In this document: positions 37,532 to 50,249 of the stretch, in pieces | How positions within the stretch are numbered: the stretch's first letter is position 1 | Layout of the letters: each line of letters begins with the position of its first letter | Origin: Blasia pusilla | Lineage: Eukaryota | NCBI GenBank assembly: GCA_050084515.1 | Contig: CM114271.1 | Location: forward strand, 17,484,001 to 17,548,000 | Length of the DNA stretch: 64,000 nt | Direction of reading: 5' to 3' | Made by a program: the position numbers and the translations under genes | Notes under the pieces: generated by a model | Seen by the model: only the letters and a program-made list of their open reading frames with translations | Told to the model about the DNA's origin: nothing | The model's database searches: none

Positions 37532-38910
37532 CTAGTTTAAGCCCATGCGATGCACGGGCTTAAATTACATCCCATAGTTCTCAAGTGCCATTTTAAATTG
37601 ATCTGGGCAATACTGTTGGTTTAGAAAGTAAACGATCTTATTACTTGAAAGTGCAAAGTGTCAAGATGAGAGGTGTTTGAAAAATAGAAGGACACTCTCC
37701 AATAATAGTTTAGATTTTGCAAGTGAGTTGTGAGTGATTTGTTGCAACTTATTTGTGACTACGTAGACTCATAATCATTTGCGAATGACTAGGAAAATGA
37801 TTCCTTGGTTTAGAATCCTATATTCTTAACCAATGAGGTTAATCGATATCTTACGAGATGATGAAGTTAGAGGTCTATGCATGGATAAAAAAATTACCGT
37901 TAATGTCTTTTGATCGCAACGGGAGCAAAGTATTTACCACAAGGTATGCAATAAACTTTAGGAAGAGACATTGAAGAACAAAGGGTGACAAGGGGAAGAG
38001 GTGGAAGGGGAATAAGGTGATGATAGATGATGTTATGGGGTAAGTGAGTTGGAGTAGGAGGAATGATAAGCGTAGAAAATATGGGAGTTGGGAGCAAGGG
38101 TTCATAAAAGATATGTGGGGATGACAAAGTACTAGTATGATTTGCTAGCAATAGGGATACAGGTTATGAAAAGTGGGAAAGATAAAGAGTGAATAAGAGG
38201 AGGATAAGAAATAAATATAAATATTACTTTCTTATACCTATTATACTAGTGTGATAGATATATGAGTATTAAGAGGAAAATGCCAAGATCAAAGAGGAGA
38301 AGGAGAACTAGGATGAGAGGTTATAGGTGAAAAAGGACATATGAAAGCACATAAACAAGAAGATAGATTTTTCAACTCCATGAAAATAAAATAAGATATA
38401 TTTACATTATTCAAGATGAGAGGGAAAATAATAAGAAATAGTAAAGGGAAGAATTAACAATAAGATCCATTATAAGAATAATGGGTTCCATTAAGAACAT
38501 ATTAAGATGGGAAGTATTAAGGTTAGATAAAAGTGATTTTATGATGATAAATCACTTCAAGCAAGATAAGAAGGAATCGAACATGAGGAAAAAGAAGAAG
38601 ATGCAACATACATGTTACAAAAAGAATCGGATCAAGAGTATGAATCTTAAAGTCCTTCCGGAGATAGCACGAAAGAACAAGGTTTGGCCATCATGTGTTA
38701 AACGGTTGAGAAAAGAAAGAGGAACACTTTCATATAGTTGTTAGCCTAATACTTGTGCTATTCACAAATGAAAAACACCCGTGAAAGGCCTCTTGCTCAT
38801 TGAGTTAAGCTTAGCTCAACTCTTCTCTTTTGTTATGTTAATTTAGTTCTTATGTTACACGTGTCATCACCAAAGGAGTCTAAAATGTACATGTGTCACC
38901 ATCGGAGGAA
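37532..38910 (-). mobile_element. Non-autonomous Helitron (3' end clear, 5' end uncertain)
   Basis: Minus strand: hairpin AAGCCCGTGC-ATC-GCATGGGCTT then AACTAG|T (37532-37562); sequence near 38890-38910 resembles the 5' part of the mini-Helitron at 6765-6785. Confidence 0.55.
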
Positions 38911-39316
38911 GGGATCTTCATATCCCATCCTCTTACAAAAAAAGTCATAAAAAGAATGCAATATATGAAAATCCCTATACCCCCGTTTGTTTCATGATGG
39001 ATTTTCCATCCAAATCTATACTATAATGCGAGGAGGGGGGGGGTTACCTCTTTTGGAAAGAAAAAAAATCCCAAAGAAGTGAAGCCCTCCATAAATAATC
39101 TATACTCTTAACATGGGGTTACTAAATGGAGGAAGGGAGAAGAAAAAGCCATTGAGTACTGTTATAAGGGACCCAACGCTAATTTTCCCGTCCCTAATCA
39201 AATCTGCTACCTAAAAGTGGAGTCGTTTCAGTTTCTGCTCCTTTTAGTTACATGTGTCATTGTGAGGAGGCACGGGCTATTGTATCCACACAATAGTGTG
39301 TGATAGTTACGATGTT

Positions 39317-41075
39317 TGGGGCTGCAGATGGGGAAGAGGTGGCGCACCTCGCCCACTCTCTTCCCCATCTGCAGCCCCAGATGCAGCGTGTTGTCTATGA
39401 GCCTCCGCGAGAATGGTGGTTTTCGAGCTTCGAATGCGCGCAAGTCATCCAGAGATGGTGGTGTCTTCGGGGCGGAAGCGGATTTTCGCCCTCCTGCGTG
39501 GATGAGCTCCGGCGCGACGGCGTCATGCAACTCCGGCGGGGTAGACGAACTCGTCGGCGTCTGCGAAGAGAATCCACTCGCAATCCGCCCTCCCAGCAGA
39601 GTGCGATGGGAGAAACCCGCCTCTTGCGTCTTGATCCAGGGCCACGGAATGCGATTATCGCGATCGATGTTGTACTTCCCTTCCAGGTTCTTGAGAACCT
39701 CACGATACGATGTCGTCGTCGTTGTTGTTGTCGTCGGTACCATTTCACTATCCCTAGAAATCCATGATAAATGATCCACTCTTTGAAAAGCGCACCCCCT
39801 CGTTCGAGCATGGTACACGCACAGATGTGGAACCTCCTTTGCGCCGGCTGCGGATTCATGGCGGCCTTGGGAGTGTCAAAGTACACGACTGTGCGGAAAA
39901 CACCGACCTTGGGGAGGAAGAGGCTCACAGGCGATCCCTTTAATTATGGAATGAGATCCGGAGGCGGTTGCTTGCACCTCACCACTTCTTGAGCGATCAA
40001 ACGAACCTTCGTGATGACTTCCGCCCCCGGACAGCCGAAACGGTAGCTCAATCGGTCCAGATCTTTCGAATGGTTGTTGGGTTTCCCTTGGATGTCCACA
40101 AGCCCCTTGGCGAACAACAACACGTCGTCGGAAAGGGTCACGGTCTCATAGACCAGTTGTCGGTAGGAAGAATTCGACAGGTACTGCGCCGTCGAATGTA
40201 GGACGACCTTAGAGTCCGTGAAGATGAGTGTGGCCTCTTTGGATTCAGACAGCAACCCATTCGGATGCTTGCACCTCACGCCACGACCGTTTTCGTCATC
40301 TTTCCACTCGACGGTGAAGATTCCGCTCTTGTACTTCTTACCGAACAAGCCTTTGGATTGCGTCCTTTCGGGCAGATTGGACACATCCTTATGTTTTTTT
40401 TCACCAACAAAGATAACTTCATCCGGAAATTCCACGATGTCTCGAATTGTCACTAGACCGGAGCTGTGGGGATAACATGGTAGGGATCCTCGACAAGATC
40501 CCGGGGCGCTTGCGGCCTGTCCGTTTTAGTTTGAATATGCCAACCCCCACGAGTTGTGCCGGGTGTTTGCACAATCATGCGATCATTCGCGACGCTTGGT
40601 CGATTGGCCTTGATCGATGACTCGGTCGGATCGCAGGGTTCCCTCACTATTACTCATTCGATTGCAGGGTTCCTTCACTATTAGTCATTCGATTGCGGGG
40701 TTTCTACATCGACACAGAGTGGTGGTGAAATTCAACACAATTGCTTCAAGGGTTCCACGGTGTCGATTCTACACTCCCCTCTCTCATCTCTGCTGCAACT
40801 TCAATGAGCATTCCTACTCTCTTACGCTCATTCCATGATCGATCATTGAGAAGTCGATGAAGGATTCGTTTCTTTCCCGGAGAGACCTCATCGGCTAGAT
40901 GCAATCTACTCTCTGGGTGTGAAAGGTACTCAACTTCGAAATCTTGACTGACCATGAGCGTCGTGGCCACTAACACCAAAGACATCAAAGCTAGGAGGAG
41001 AGTTTTCCATGATCCACCCAACCAGCTCGAGGCCGCCTTAGCTCTCATCGGCTTCCCTCTAATTGCTGGCGCCAT
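39317..41075 (-). pseudogene. Glycosyltransferase family 92 (DUF23) type II membrane protein pseudogene, 3'-truncated
   Basis: N-terminal signal anchor (LLLALMSLVLVATTLMV); LVYETVTLSDDVLLFAKGL, AQEVVRC, HICACTM...FKEWIIYHGFLG, WPWIKTQEAGFSH, CEWILFADADEF; spread over several frames with an in-frame stop at 39944-39946. Confidence 0.85.
40633..40703. repeat. 31-bp tandem repeat (~2.3 copies) inside the GT92 stem region
   Basis: GCAGGGTTCCCTCACTATTACTCATTCGATT at 40633 and 40664, with a partial third copy. Confidence 0.85.
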
Positions 41076-41639
41076 GCTTTAGGATCGATCCGTCCTGGTA
41101 ACAAACACGAGTGAGACAACGAAACTGCATCCGAACACACTCCTCTTCATCCCTCCGAACAATCTCCTCCATCCACGGTCTTCTCACTCACGAACCACAG
41201 TTAAAACTACATTTTTTGTCAAAGAAAAGCTTCCGAATACTTGCAATCCCAACTTTTGAACATGTAGTCCTCTCTCTCTCTCGGTGAGATGAATTGATCT
41301 CTCAGGAGAAAAATTGTGAACGCAAGGTTCTTTGGACTGTTGAGTTGCACGTCATAGCCGATCTTAGAAAAATGAGCAAGATTACGAGGTTGCTCTTGGG
41401 TTCAGGTTCAACTTGTAACATGCAATCTGGTCAGTGGAAGGCTAACCAAGAGATGAATTGGTTTAATTCACGCAATCAACTCATAATTAGCGTGAACAAG
41501 AATTCCAACCTCAATCGATCACTGAAGACACCACCACCGCTTATGCTCTGGTCAAGGAAGGCTTCAGATCAGTCTACCTAAGCGAGAAGTTGCAAATCGG
41601 ACTTACGCCGTGGACATTTGAAGGATACATCAAGCAACG

Positions 41640-42140
41640 CATAGGATGGGGCCAAGGAGCAATTAATGGAGCAATCCCAAGCCACATCGAAAGTCATGCT
41701 CGATAGGAAAAGCAAACTCAACTTTGACCTCAAAGTCCTCTACTTCTGGCACTCACGATATTACTTCCTCTCCATTGTGAACGTCATACTGTCTCAACCA
41801 TGTTCAGTTCTCTAATCTTCAAAGTCGATTCGAATCGATCGACCTCGAAAGTCGCCAACTCTTTCGGCCGGCCTAAACACAACCTCATCCTCTGGCGCCT
41901 CGCATGGATGTCCATGTGGCTAACGGTGCCCCAAAGGCGTCTGAGCGAAGCCGGGATGAATCCACCTTTTGGTGGATGACCCCCTTCTTTGTCAAGATGA
42001 TCATGGATGCTCTCTTCAACTTCAAGTCCACATTCAAGTTCGTGCCCACCAGCAATATCGACTGTAATGCCAGCCAAGGAAATACGTCTGCGCTCAAGAA
42101 GCAGTTGAGCCAACTCAAGCACGTAAAGTTCCATGTGTGT
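41640..42140 (+). pseudogene. Possible RNI-like leucine-rich-repeat gene fragment
   Basis: Coding-like sequence with LKVLYF, AGL..NLILWRL (across a frameshift) and MDALFNFKSTFKFV, loosely like RNI-type LRR periodicity; weak. Confidence 0.25.
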
Positions 42141-43911
42141 GACACCACGGTGATCCTTATTGTGGTTTCTTGTAAAATGTACTTTGCAGTCACCCAGTAT
42201 GGGATTCGCAATTGCACAAAATGCTTCTATGCAATCGGGCTGTCATTTTTCCTATCCTAGCTTCTAACAAAAATTTCTTGGTGGGTGCCAAGTCAGATCT
42301 TGTCGTAATTATGAGCCAAAAATTATCTCTTCTCCGATCCGGTGCATGCTTTACCATTGTCATTACCAACTACTGATTTAGTTAACTTGCTCTCTAGCAA
42401 CTATCCCTCTCTAAATTGTGAGACTACAATTTTGGACCTTACGTTCACCTCCTCTTGCACACATGTATTTCATTACTCCTGCACCTGAAAGTCTACTCAC
42501 AACTGATTGGGTCTTCCGAGCGACGGCCTTGTGTGTTTTGGTTGCGCGGTAGCAGGTTCGATAGCATGGTTCCAACTCTATGAGCGACAGGCGAAGAGCC
42601 AAGGTGGGAAAATTGGTTGGAGAGGGTCATATTCTTCATTGGTTGGAGAGTGTATTCGTGGGAGTCCTTTGGATTGAACACAAGAAAGTCCCATGCACGC
42701 CATTAATTTACAAACTTTTTTTTCTGAGGATCACATAGGATCTTATAAGTAGAGACTATATCGTCTCTGGCCATGGTGGACAGTGTGGAACGTTTGTGGG
42801 TTGAAGGCCAGAGGATTGGGAAGTTGCATGCTCGAATCTGAGTGCACGCAGGTTGGGTGTGAAATTGGACATATGTTATTATTTAAAAATAAAAAAAAAT
42901 TTTATTTTAGTGTAAAATTTGATGCCGTGCATCGTACGGACATTCTCACTAGTTTCTATTAAAATTTTTATGAATTTTCCATCCAAGCTTCTATTAAAAT
43001 TTATATTTCTAGACAAGCCATCTAAAACCGGACTACTCGCATACAACCTATCTAAGATTCTAAACCAGACTGGCTTTATTCGTGCGTGCTACCCGGTGAC
43101 GTGGTACGATTTCCGGTGTGATAGCTCTCACAATACGGTCCGGGCTTATTCAGCGCTGACTCACTCACTGACCTGTGCGGTGTGGTACAAATAAATATAG
43201 TTACTTTCTCCGTGTTCGAGATTCCCCGCTCAACGGGAAACCTACTCCCTAAGGAATGGGAATTGTGCTCACACAAGGAAGCGGCGGTGCAGAGTTCGTG
43301 GCGGAAAAAGAGGTCTCAATAACCCATCAAAGACTCAGAGAGTCATAGCCGGCCTTCACGTACTCAGGTTGGGGAGGCTGTGCCGTAGGTAAGTGGCGAA
43401 GAGGAGATGGAACTTGCACACTCAACACTTGTCGATACTCGGCAGTTACGTCTACTCTGGAAGGTGGATACGGTCTGGGAGATAAGGGAAAAAGTAGTCG
43501 TACTTTGGGCTATGTCGGGAGGGCACGTCGGAGTTGCGTAGAAAGTTAGAAACTGTGGGTCGTGGAGAGGAAGGGAGGAATTGAAGACATGGAGGTGTTG
43601 TAAAAGTGTGGAGACTCCGGTCCGTTCATTCATGAGACTCGGGGGAGACGCACGAGCGCGTGGAAGGGGACTGCACACGTCACTGGATTTCAGTGAGAGC
43701 TTCGTGGGGTGAGATCTTTTCGTCTCATTTCGAACAGGAGACTGAAAGGGAGCAAGCTGATCACTGCGAGTGGCCCGTCGTAGATCTCGTCACATTACTT
43801 TGAAGTGCTTAAGACGGCTCGATCACAGCGAACAGGCGAAGGGTTTTGTGCGGCGATAGGCGGTAGCAGTTTCGGTTGGGATTCGACATTAGTGATTTGT
43901 CTGAGGACGGG

Positions 43912-45110
43912 ATGGGAATTCAGGAGCTGCCTGAGAGAGGGCATCCTGAATTGAGGGCCGGACTTCCGCCCCACCCTCACAAATTTGGCTCGCGGCAGAT
44001 GAGAGCTCTTTCTGCACTGTGCGATACGTTCGTCCCTTCTCTTCCACTGGAAGCGTCTGGTCTTCCTCTCGACGTCAAATATGGCGAGGAGATTCGAGCC
44101 AAGAGCAGCTCTGACGATATCGCCGCCTTTTACCGTTTGTCGGCTTCTGATCTGGGGGTACCACTCGGGGTATATTCTTGCTTTCAGCCCTCACAAAGTT
44201 GTCAAATTTCTTCAGGTTGTCGACATCTGCAGTCCTCCTGGCACTGCAACATATGTGTGTACTGTTTCAGGCTCTTTTTGATCTTTTAGAGGGGGACGAG
44301 CGATTTTTCTCCACACTCCTGCAATCGAGCGAACGTCGCTCTCGTCTTACGCCCGTCCTCGAGATTACTTGTGATGTAAACTACGCAGCCGAGTAGAACA
44401 AGTAGTTGTGCAAGCGCTTCCCTGCAAAGAGCGTCCCCTATATCTCGTCCTCATCTCTACCAAGTGGGTCGTTGCTCTAGCTGAATCGAGGACAGGTTAT
44501 CCACACTTTTCCCACCGCGAACTGAGTACCATGTTTGGACTGGCATGTTCCTTGTCCTGTGATCTCTCGTCGCTTTTAGCTCGCATATCGGAGGAAGAAT
44601 CTGCGGACGTCTCTCGTTACTTGGTGACTTGTATCCGCGGGGAAGGAGCTCTCTTGTCTGTACATGAACCGAATCGGTCGGTAAGTTGGACGGGTCAGTC
44701 TCTCTTTAGCAGAATGCTGTCGTGAAATATGCGCGAGTTGGAGGGATAGAACGCGATGATGAGAGTTGGAGTGCTCTACTACGCCTTGGAACGCTGTCTG
44801 AGAGGGAAGACGTTCTTTGGGTGGGAAGAAACACAACGTAAAGTTGTGTAAGATACAGAGGACTATGAATTGTCAGGCCATCCTCCAAGAACTTCATACC
44901 GAATCTCCTGTGCAGAAGTTGACGTTGTATGGGAACGCTGTCTGAGAGAGGTGACTTTCTTGGATGGGAAAGGTTGGGAAGAAACACAAAGTAGACTTGT
45001 AAGATCTGAAGGAACCGTGCATTACCTGATCATCCCCCGAGTATCCTGTCTAGAAGTTGGCAGCGAATGATGGGATTTTGTATCATTTTCTGTGCATCGC
45101 TACTCCTGAT

Positions 45111-45147
<37 letters not shown>

Positions 45148-47406
45148 GAGTCGCCGAGCTCACGAATTCTCACATGTTGGTTTCATCATCGGTGCAGGTA
45201 GCGGGGCTCTTTTTCCTGCGAATTAAAGTTGCCGAACTGGCTTTGCTGAAATGGGTCTTCTGGTTGCTCTCCACTCGTCTGGGCACCTTCCTCTTGAGTG
45301 GAACTCGAAGTATCGCGTCCCAGTTTCCTTACCTACAGAGCTTTCCCGACCTACCGCAAAGTCGGCGTGAGCAGATCGTGACGGGCTGGAGTAGTAGCCC
45401 CTTGTCTAACCTCCAGAAACTCTCCAAGTTGGTCAGAGGCTACACCATGTTCGTCTACTATTCCACGGTACACTCCTCGATTGCCCACGATTCAAGCCTA
45501 TTCCAGTTCGCAAGTTTTTGGGTTCACTTCCGAGTTTCAGACTTGAGATTGCAGAGGCAAATGCCGGAAGTTCTCACGCGTGTCAACTGGATATTTGTTA
45601 TTGAGTCGTTTTGTATGTCCTTTAGGTGGACGCGGCAGGCTGGAATCCAGCTTGGAATGCGATTGGTTACAGTGGACCCCGACTTGAGTACGCGAAAAGC
45701 GACGTGTTGACGCCGAGGCCATTGGAGGGAAAAGTTCTTGACGTAGAATCTGTGGGTGACGAGGAGCTCCGCTCTTTTCTAGCAGGCGGGGATTTACCAT
45801 CCTGGACGACTTGTCCCATCTACGCCGCTTGTCCAGGCAAAGCGAGGCTGGAAAGAAGATCATTGCCGTGAGTTGTGATGCCGTGGTGGTTGGGTCGGGA
45901 TCAGGCGGAGGAGTGGTTGCCGGGGTCCTCGCAGAAGCCGGCAAGAAAGTTTTGATCGTCGAGAAAGGGCAGTATTTTGCCAGGGATGACCTCACTCTGC
46001 TAGAAGGGCCCTCACTTGCCGGGATGTATCTAGGAGGAGGTGTTCTGGCGACGGAGAGTGGGAACGTCGCGATTCTTGCTGGATCGACTGTTGGAGGCGG
46101 GTCAGCTGTGAATTGGTCGGCATCCTTCCGAACTCCCGACCACGTCCGCCGAGAATGGGCCGAGGATTTCGGGCTCTCGATGTTCGCTGGCAGTCGATAT
46201 AGAGAAGCCATGGATGTTGTCTGCTCGAAGCTCGGTGTGCACACCGTCTGTGAGCAGGAAAGTTTCCAGAATGCGGTTCTCAGAAAAGGCTGCGAGAAAA
46301 TGGGGTATGGCATGGAAGATATTCCGAGAAATGTAACGGGTCAGCATTCCTGCGGATTTTGCGGCTTCGGATGCCGAAAAGGAGCGAAGAAAGCCACCTC
46401 TGAGACTTGGTTGGTGGATGCTGTGAATTCCGGATCTCGGATTTTGGCTAAGTGTGAAGTTCGTGGGGTCCTACACCGCAGAAATTCCAAGCGTGGCTCA
46501 GAGAAGGAACGCGAGGCCGTGGGTGTAGTGGCTTCCGTAGGCAAGAACACACTATTATACATCCAGGCCCGTGCTACTGTGATCTCAGCCGGATCGCTCT
46601 GCACCCCACCACTTCTGTTGCAAAGTGGTCTACGAAATCCGAACATCGGGAGGAACCTGCACTTGCACCCGGTGCTCATGGTGTGGGGTTACTTCCCCGA
46701 GGGCCAAGGAGCCAAGGGAGTTTGTTATGACGGGCCGATCATGAGCGCAGTGTCCAAACAGTTCGCCAATTGGCAATCACCTTCGGCTTCTTCTGCATAC
46801 GGCAGTCTCATCGAAGTTCCCATTCTGCACCCTGGCAGCTTCGCCGCAGTGTGTCCATGGATCTCGGGTGCCGATCACAAGGAGCGCATGAGGAAATACT
46901 CCCGTACAGTGCACTTCCTCATCCTACACAGAGATCGGGGGCAGGGAGGAGTCGTGAAAATCAAAGGTAAATCTTCGGAGATCACGTACAGCGTCGACCC
47001 TCTAGATGTGGAGTCCATGAAGGACTCCTCCGAAGGGGCTTTGAGAGCTCTGGTGGCGGCGGGAGCCGTGGAAATTGGCACGCAACACCTTACTGGCGAG
47101 ACATTCCAGAGTTTGAACTGCAAGCCCGAGGAATTGGAGGATTATCTAAAGAGAGTTCGATCACAAGGTGTAAGGAAACTGGAAGTTCCTATGGCCTCGG
47201 CCCACCAAATGGGATCTTGCCGCATGGGCGCTAATCCCAACACGTCTGTGGTGGATGGCGGCGGAGAGACGTGGGAAGTGGAGCGATTGTTTCTGGCTGA
47301 TGCCAGTGTTTTCCCCACGGCCTCGGGCGTAAATCCCATGATCACGGTGCAGTCCGTAGCCTTCTGCATCGCTCAATCTGTGCTGATCAAACTGGAAAAA
47401 GAATAG
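43912..47406 (+). CDS. FAO: Long-chain fatty alcohol oxidase (GMC oxidoreductase, FAO family); exons 43912-44169, 45198-45467, 45626-47406; one apparent 1-nt deletion near 45780
   Basis: QMRALSALCDTFVPS (exon 1), LSTRLGTFLL...PYLQSF (exon 2), NPAWNAIGY, FAD motif CDAVVVGSGSGGGV, AGSTVGGGSAVNW, SAHQMGSCRMG, DASVFPTASGVNPMIT; two phase-0 GT-AG introns. Confidence 0.93.
45113..45142. repeat. (CT)n microsatellite in FAO intron 1
   Basis: Direct reading. Confidence 0.9.
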
Positions 47407-50249
47407 GATAAAGGAGGAAGGATTGTTTCATTTCTTCCCCGATGCGATTCATGGCCGTCACATTCCCCATAAGGCGGAAGACGGGAACAAAAGACCCCTT
47501 CCATTCATCTGAGCTATCGTCCTTCGAGCCGTGAACTCCTCTTTTGAACTCCCGTCATCATGCTCGGAAGGTATTATATTATCGGGATTATGTCGCGAGT
47601 TCGTGGCTTCCATTCGACTGAGCAGTCTTCTAATACCAGCCGAGCTCGTCACTGTAACTGCTTGCCTCCACCCTTCCCCTCCCCCGTATATAACGTATGG
47701 TGCTTCTGCTCGATGCACAGTTGGCAAAATCGTCACCTTCGGGCAGGACTTTTGGATACTGAAAACATGTACAAAAGAAGACAGGTGAAGCTGCTGGCTA
47801 TCAGAAGATGACGCCTCCAGGTATACCCACTGGTTCCAATGCTCGACTGGAGCTCCTACAATGCTCTATGTTGTCGGAGCTCCATCGTAAAGAGGAGAAT
47901 TTGAGCTATGATAAGTATAGTTACTACTAGATTACCTCCTGCACACACCAATCATAGCGCAGTCGACATCTGAGAAATTTTGTTTCCTGAGTTGTCTTCC
48001 CTTCGCAGTGCTGGACTGCAGTCCGAACCCATGTAAAGGCCGAGAAGGTCAGTTCTGCTCGAATCTGCCGGCGTGGGCGCGACGTATGTGATCTCGGATG
48101 TACGTGCACATTTCCTACTTGAAGAAATCGAGAAAGATTAGCAAGAGACTTTCTAATGCCAGTTTGAGTCGTCTCTGTCATCAAGTGTTGTACTGCGGGA
48201 GATCAGTCTCACTCGCTGGGTGAGTCACTCACTCCAGCTCAACCAGTCACATCATATCGCCATTTCCGAACCGGCGCCGTCTCAAGAAGGTCCTCATTTC
48301 AACAGACTTTTTGTTCTTATTGGCATCCATCCTGAAGCTCCTCACCGACCCCTACGCGTGCCATACTACCACGAATGATTTCCTCGGAGCCATTAGAAAA
48401 CAGCGACCAGTGCAATGGCACCTCTACCCTTAGCGGCCTTGGACACGGATGGTTAAGGCCATTTTCACATGGACCCGAGGGGGGGATTTCAGAGTCTTGG
48501 GCCATTGCCATCCTGACAGACTTGAGAACCTTGAGACGGAGAGTTCGAGACGCACTTGAGGGCGTCCGTATGCGCAGGGTATCTGATGGTTTTTCAAGGA
48601 AGCTATCGGGTGTGGATTTTAAACTTAGTATCAGTTGGGTATGACTACGGTACGCATTTTCCTGCGCTCAACGGTGGGAATTATGAATTTTCAATTTCTG
48701 TATGAGCTTGCAGATTTGTGGTTGGATATTGAAGGCGGTTGATGAATTTGGAAACTTGCTGGTTTTCCTATTGTCACTTGTCCATGGCGGCCGAGAGTAT
48801 ATGTACTTCACTCGGTACAGAAATAAAACTTGATGAAAACGCAGTAATTATGTCTGATGAATGTAACGCCAAGGTCTCGAAACACCCGAGTAGCAACAAA
48901 TATTCACACACAAGGTGATGATGGGTAGAGTGCCTATCCATTCCGAAGCCTTCCAATGCAAACAAACTCATCGATGGTTGACAGGTTGCAGCAAGTGCAG
49001 ACATATCAGATTTCGGAGTGTGTAGTGATCTCTTCCCTACGAAGGCGCTTGGTCGTAGTATACCAAGCTCAGCTCGGCAAGACGCTGCCACACCGCCGAA
49101 TCTGAAAAATGGGGCCCCAGAATTCTTCTCTTTCTCCATTGCAGACCAACCCCTCTCCTTCAAAACAACACAGTAAACTCACCTTCACCACCTTCGACGG
49201 CCAACTCCGCCTCCTGAAGCAATGTAGCCTCTTCCGAACATCTCGAACCATGATGCCACCAAACGAACTCGGAAAATCAAATGATACAGAACCCTACACC
49301 CATCGGGTTCTACAAAATGCTACCCCCTTGAGTTGAACCATAATAACAAATTCAAGCGGTCTACAAACCCGAATGACATCTTCTTCGTCTTCTACTTGGT
49401 CGCTGCGGCTGCGGACGGTTCTTCGGCTTCGCTCGGCGGTGAATACGGGTGCCCAGTCCACATGTAGATTGCGTACTCAGTTTACATTCTGTTCAGAGGA
49501 TCCGTCTGGGCCCGTTCCGGCCGATTTTGAACCGAAGTAGCCTTCTCGGGCAGTTCACCCTAAAGAGTCGACACTGCTCTGACACGCGCAGGCTGGGCAG
49601 AGGGCCAAGGGAGGGAGGGAGGGAGGGCTCGAATCGAACTCGCCGCGCGAGAACCCACGTCCGAATCTACTACGTGGAAAGGTGGGGCCAGCCGAGTCAG
49701 GAGTGGCGAATAGATTGCGTTGGACGCTTTTAGTGTTGGAGGCAGGTATTTTTTTAAAGTACAATCTATCTCATAAAAAGAATAAATAATAAATAAAGAT
49801 AGATAACAACATTTCATTTGAGTCACATTACAAAAATAGAAGGTTTCACTATGTCTTCTTTTGATTGGTTAATCCCAATTTATAATTTTTTCATAGGTTT
49901 TCATTTTGTTATTAATCTGTGTAATATCATTCAAATGGAAAAGTCAAGATACCCCCTTTAAAACCAGTATGTGACCCTGGTTTTTTTAATTTTATATGAA
50001 AAAAAATTAACACGGCCTTGTCAACGAGCGGTGGATGGAAATGGAGTTGATGCCACTCCTTATACCGTATGAAGGGAGCAACACAACATCGAGAGGGCGC
50101 CTGTCAAATTTTAGAGTGGAAAAATAATAACATGGGCCGTGTCTTTATTTTGGCTCACATCTCCATTCCCATCATACGGTTGAGAATTCACAGTGGAATA
50201 ACTTGCATTTTGCAGCCTCTACACTCCAAATTGACTTAGCGCCCAAGTG

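Larger units (their letters stand above)
39015..42952 (+). mobile_element. Non-autonomous Helitron carrying captured gene fragments
   Basis: A|TCTATACT 5'-type ends at 39015 and 39099; 3' hairpin CCGTGC-ATC-GTACGG (42925-42939) and CTAG|T at 42949-42952. Confidence 0.6.

Noticed and set aside
44788-45010. Imperfect ~75-bp direct repeat in FAO intron 1
   Set aside because: Ordinary local duplication with no further structure.
45537-47376. Minus-strand ORFs (up to 258 aa) overlapping FAO
   Set aside because: Antisense shadows of the FAO coding sequence.
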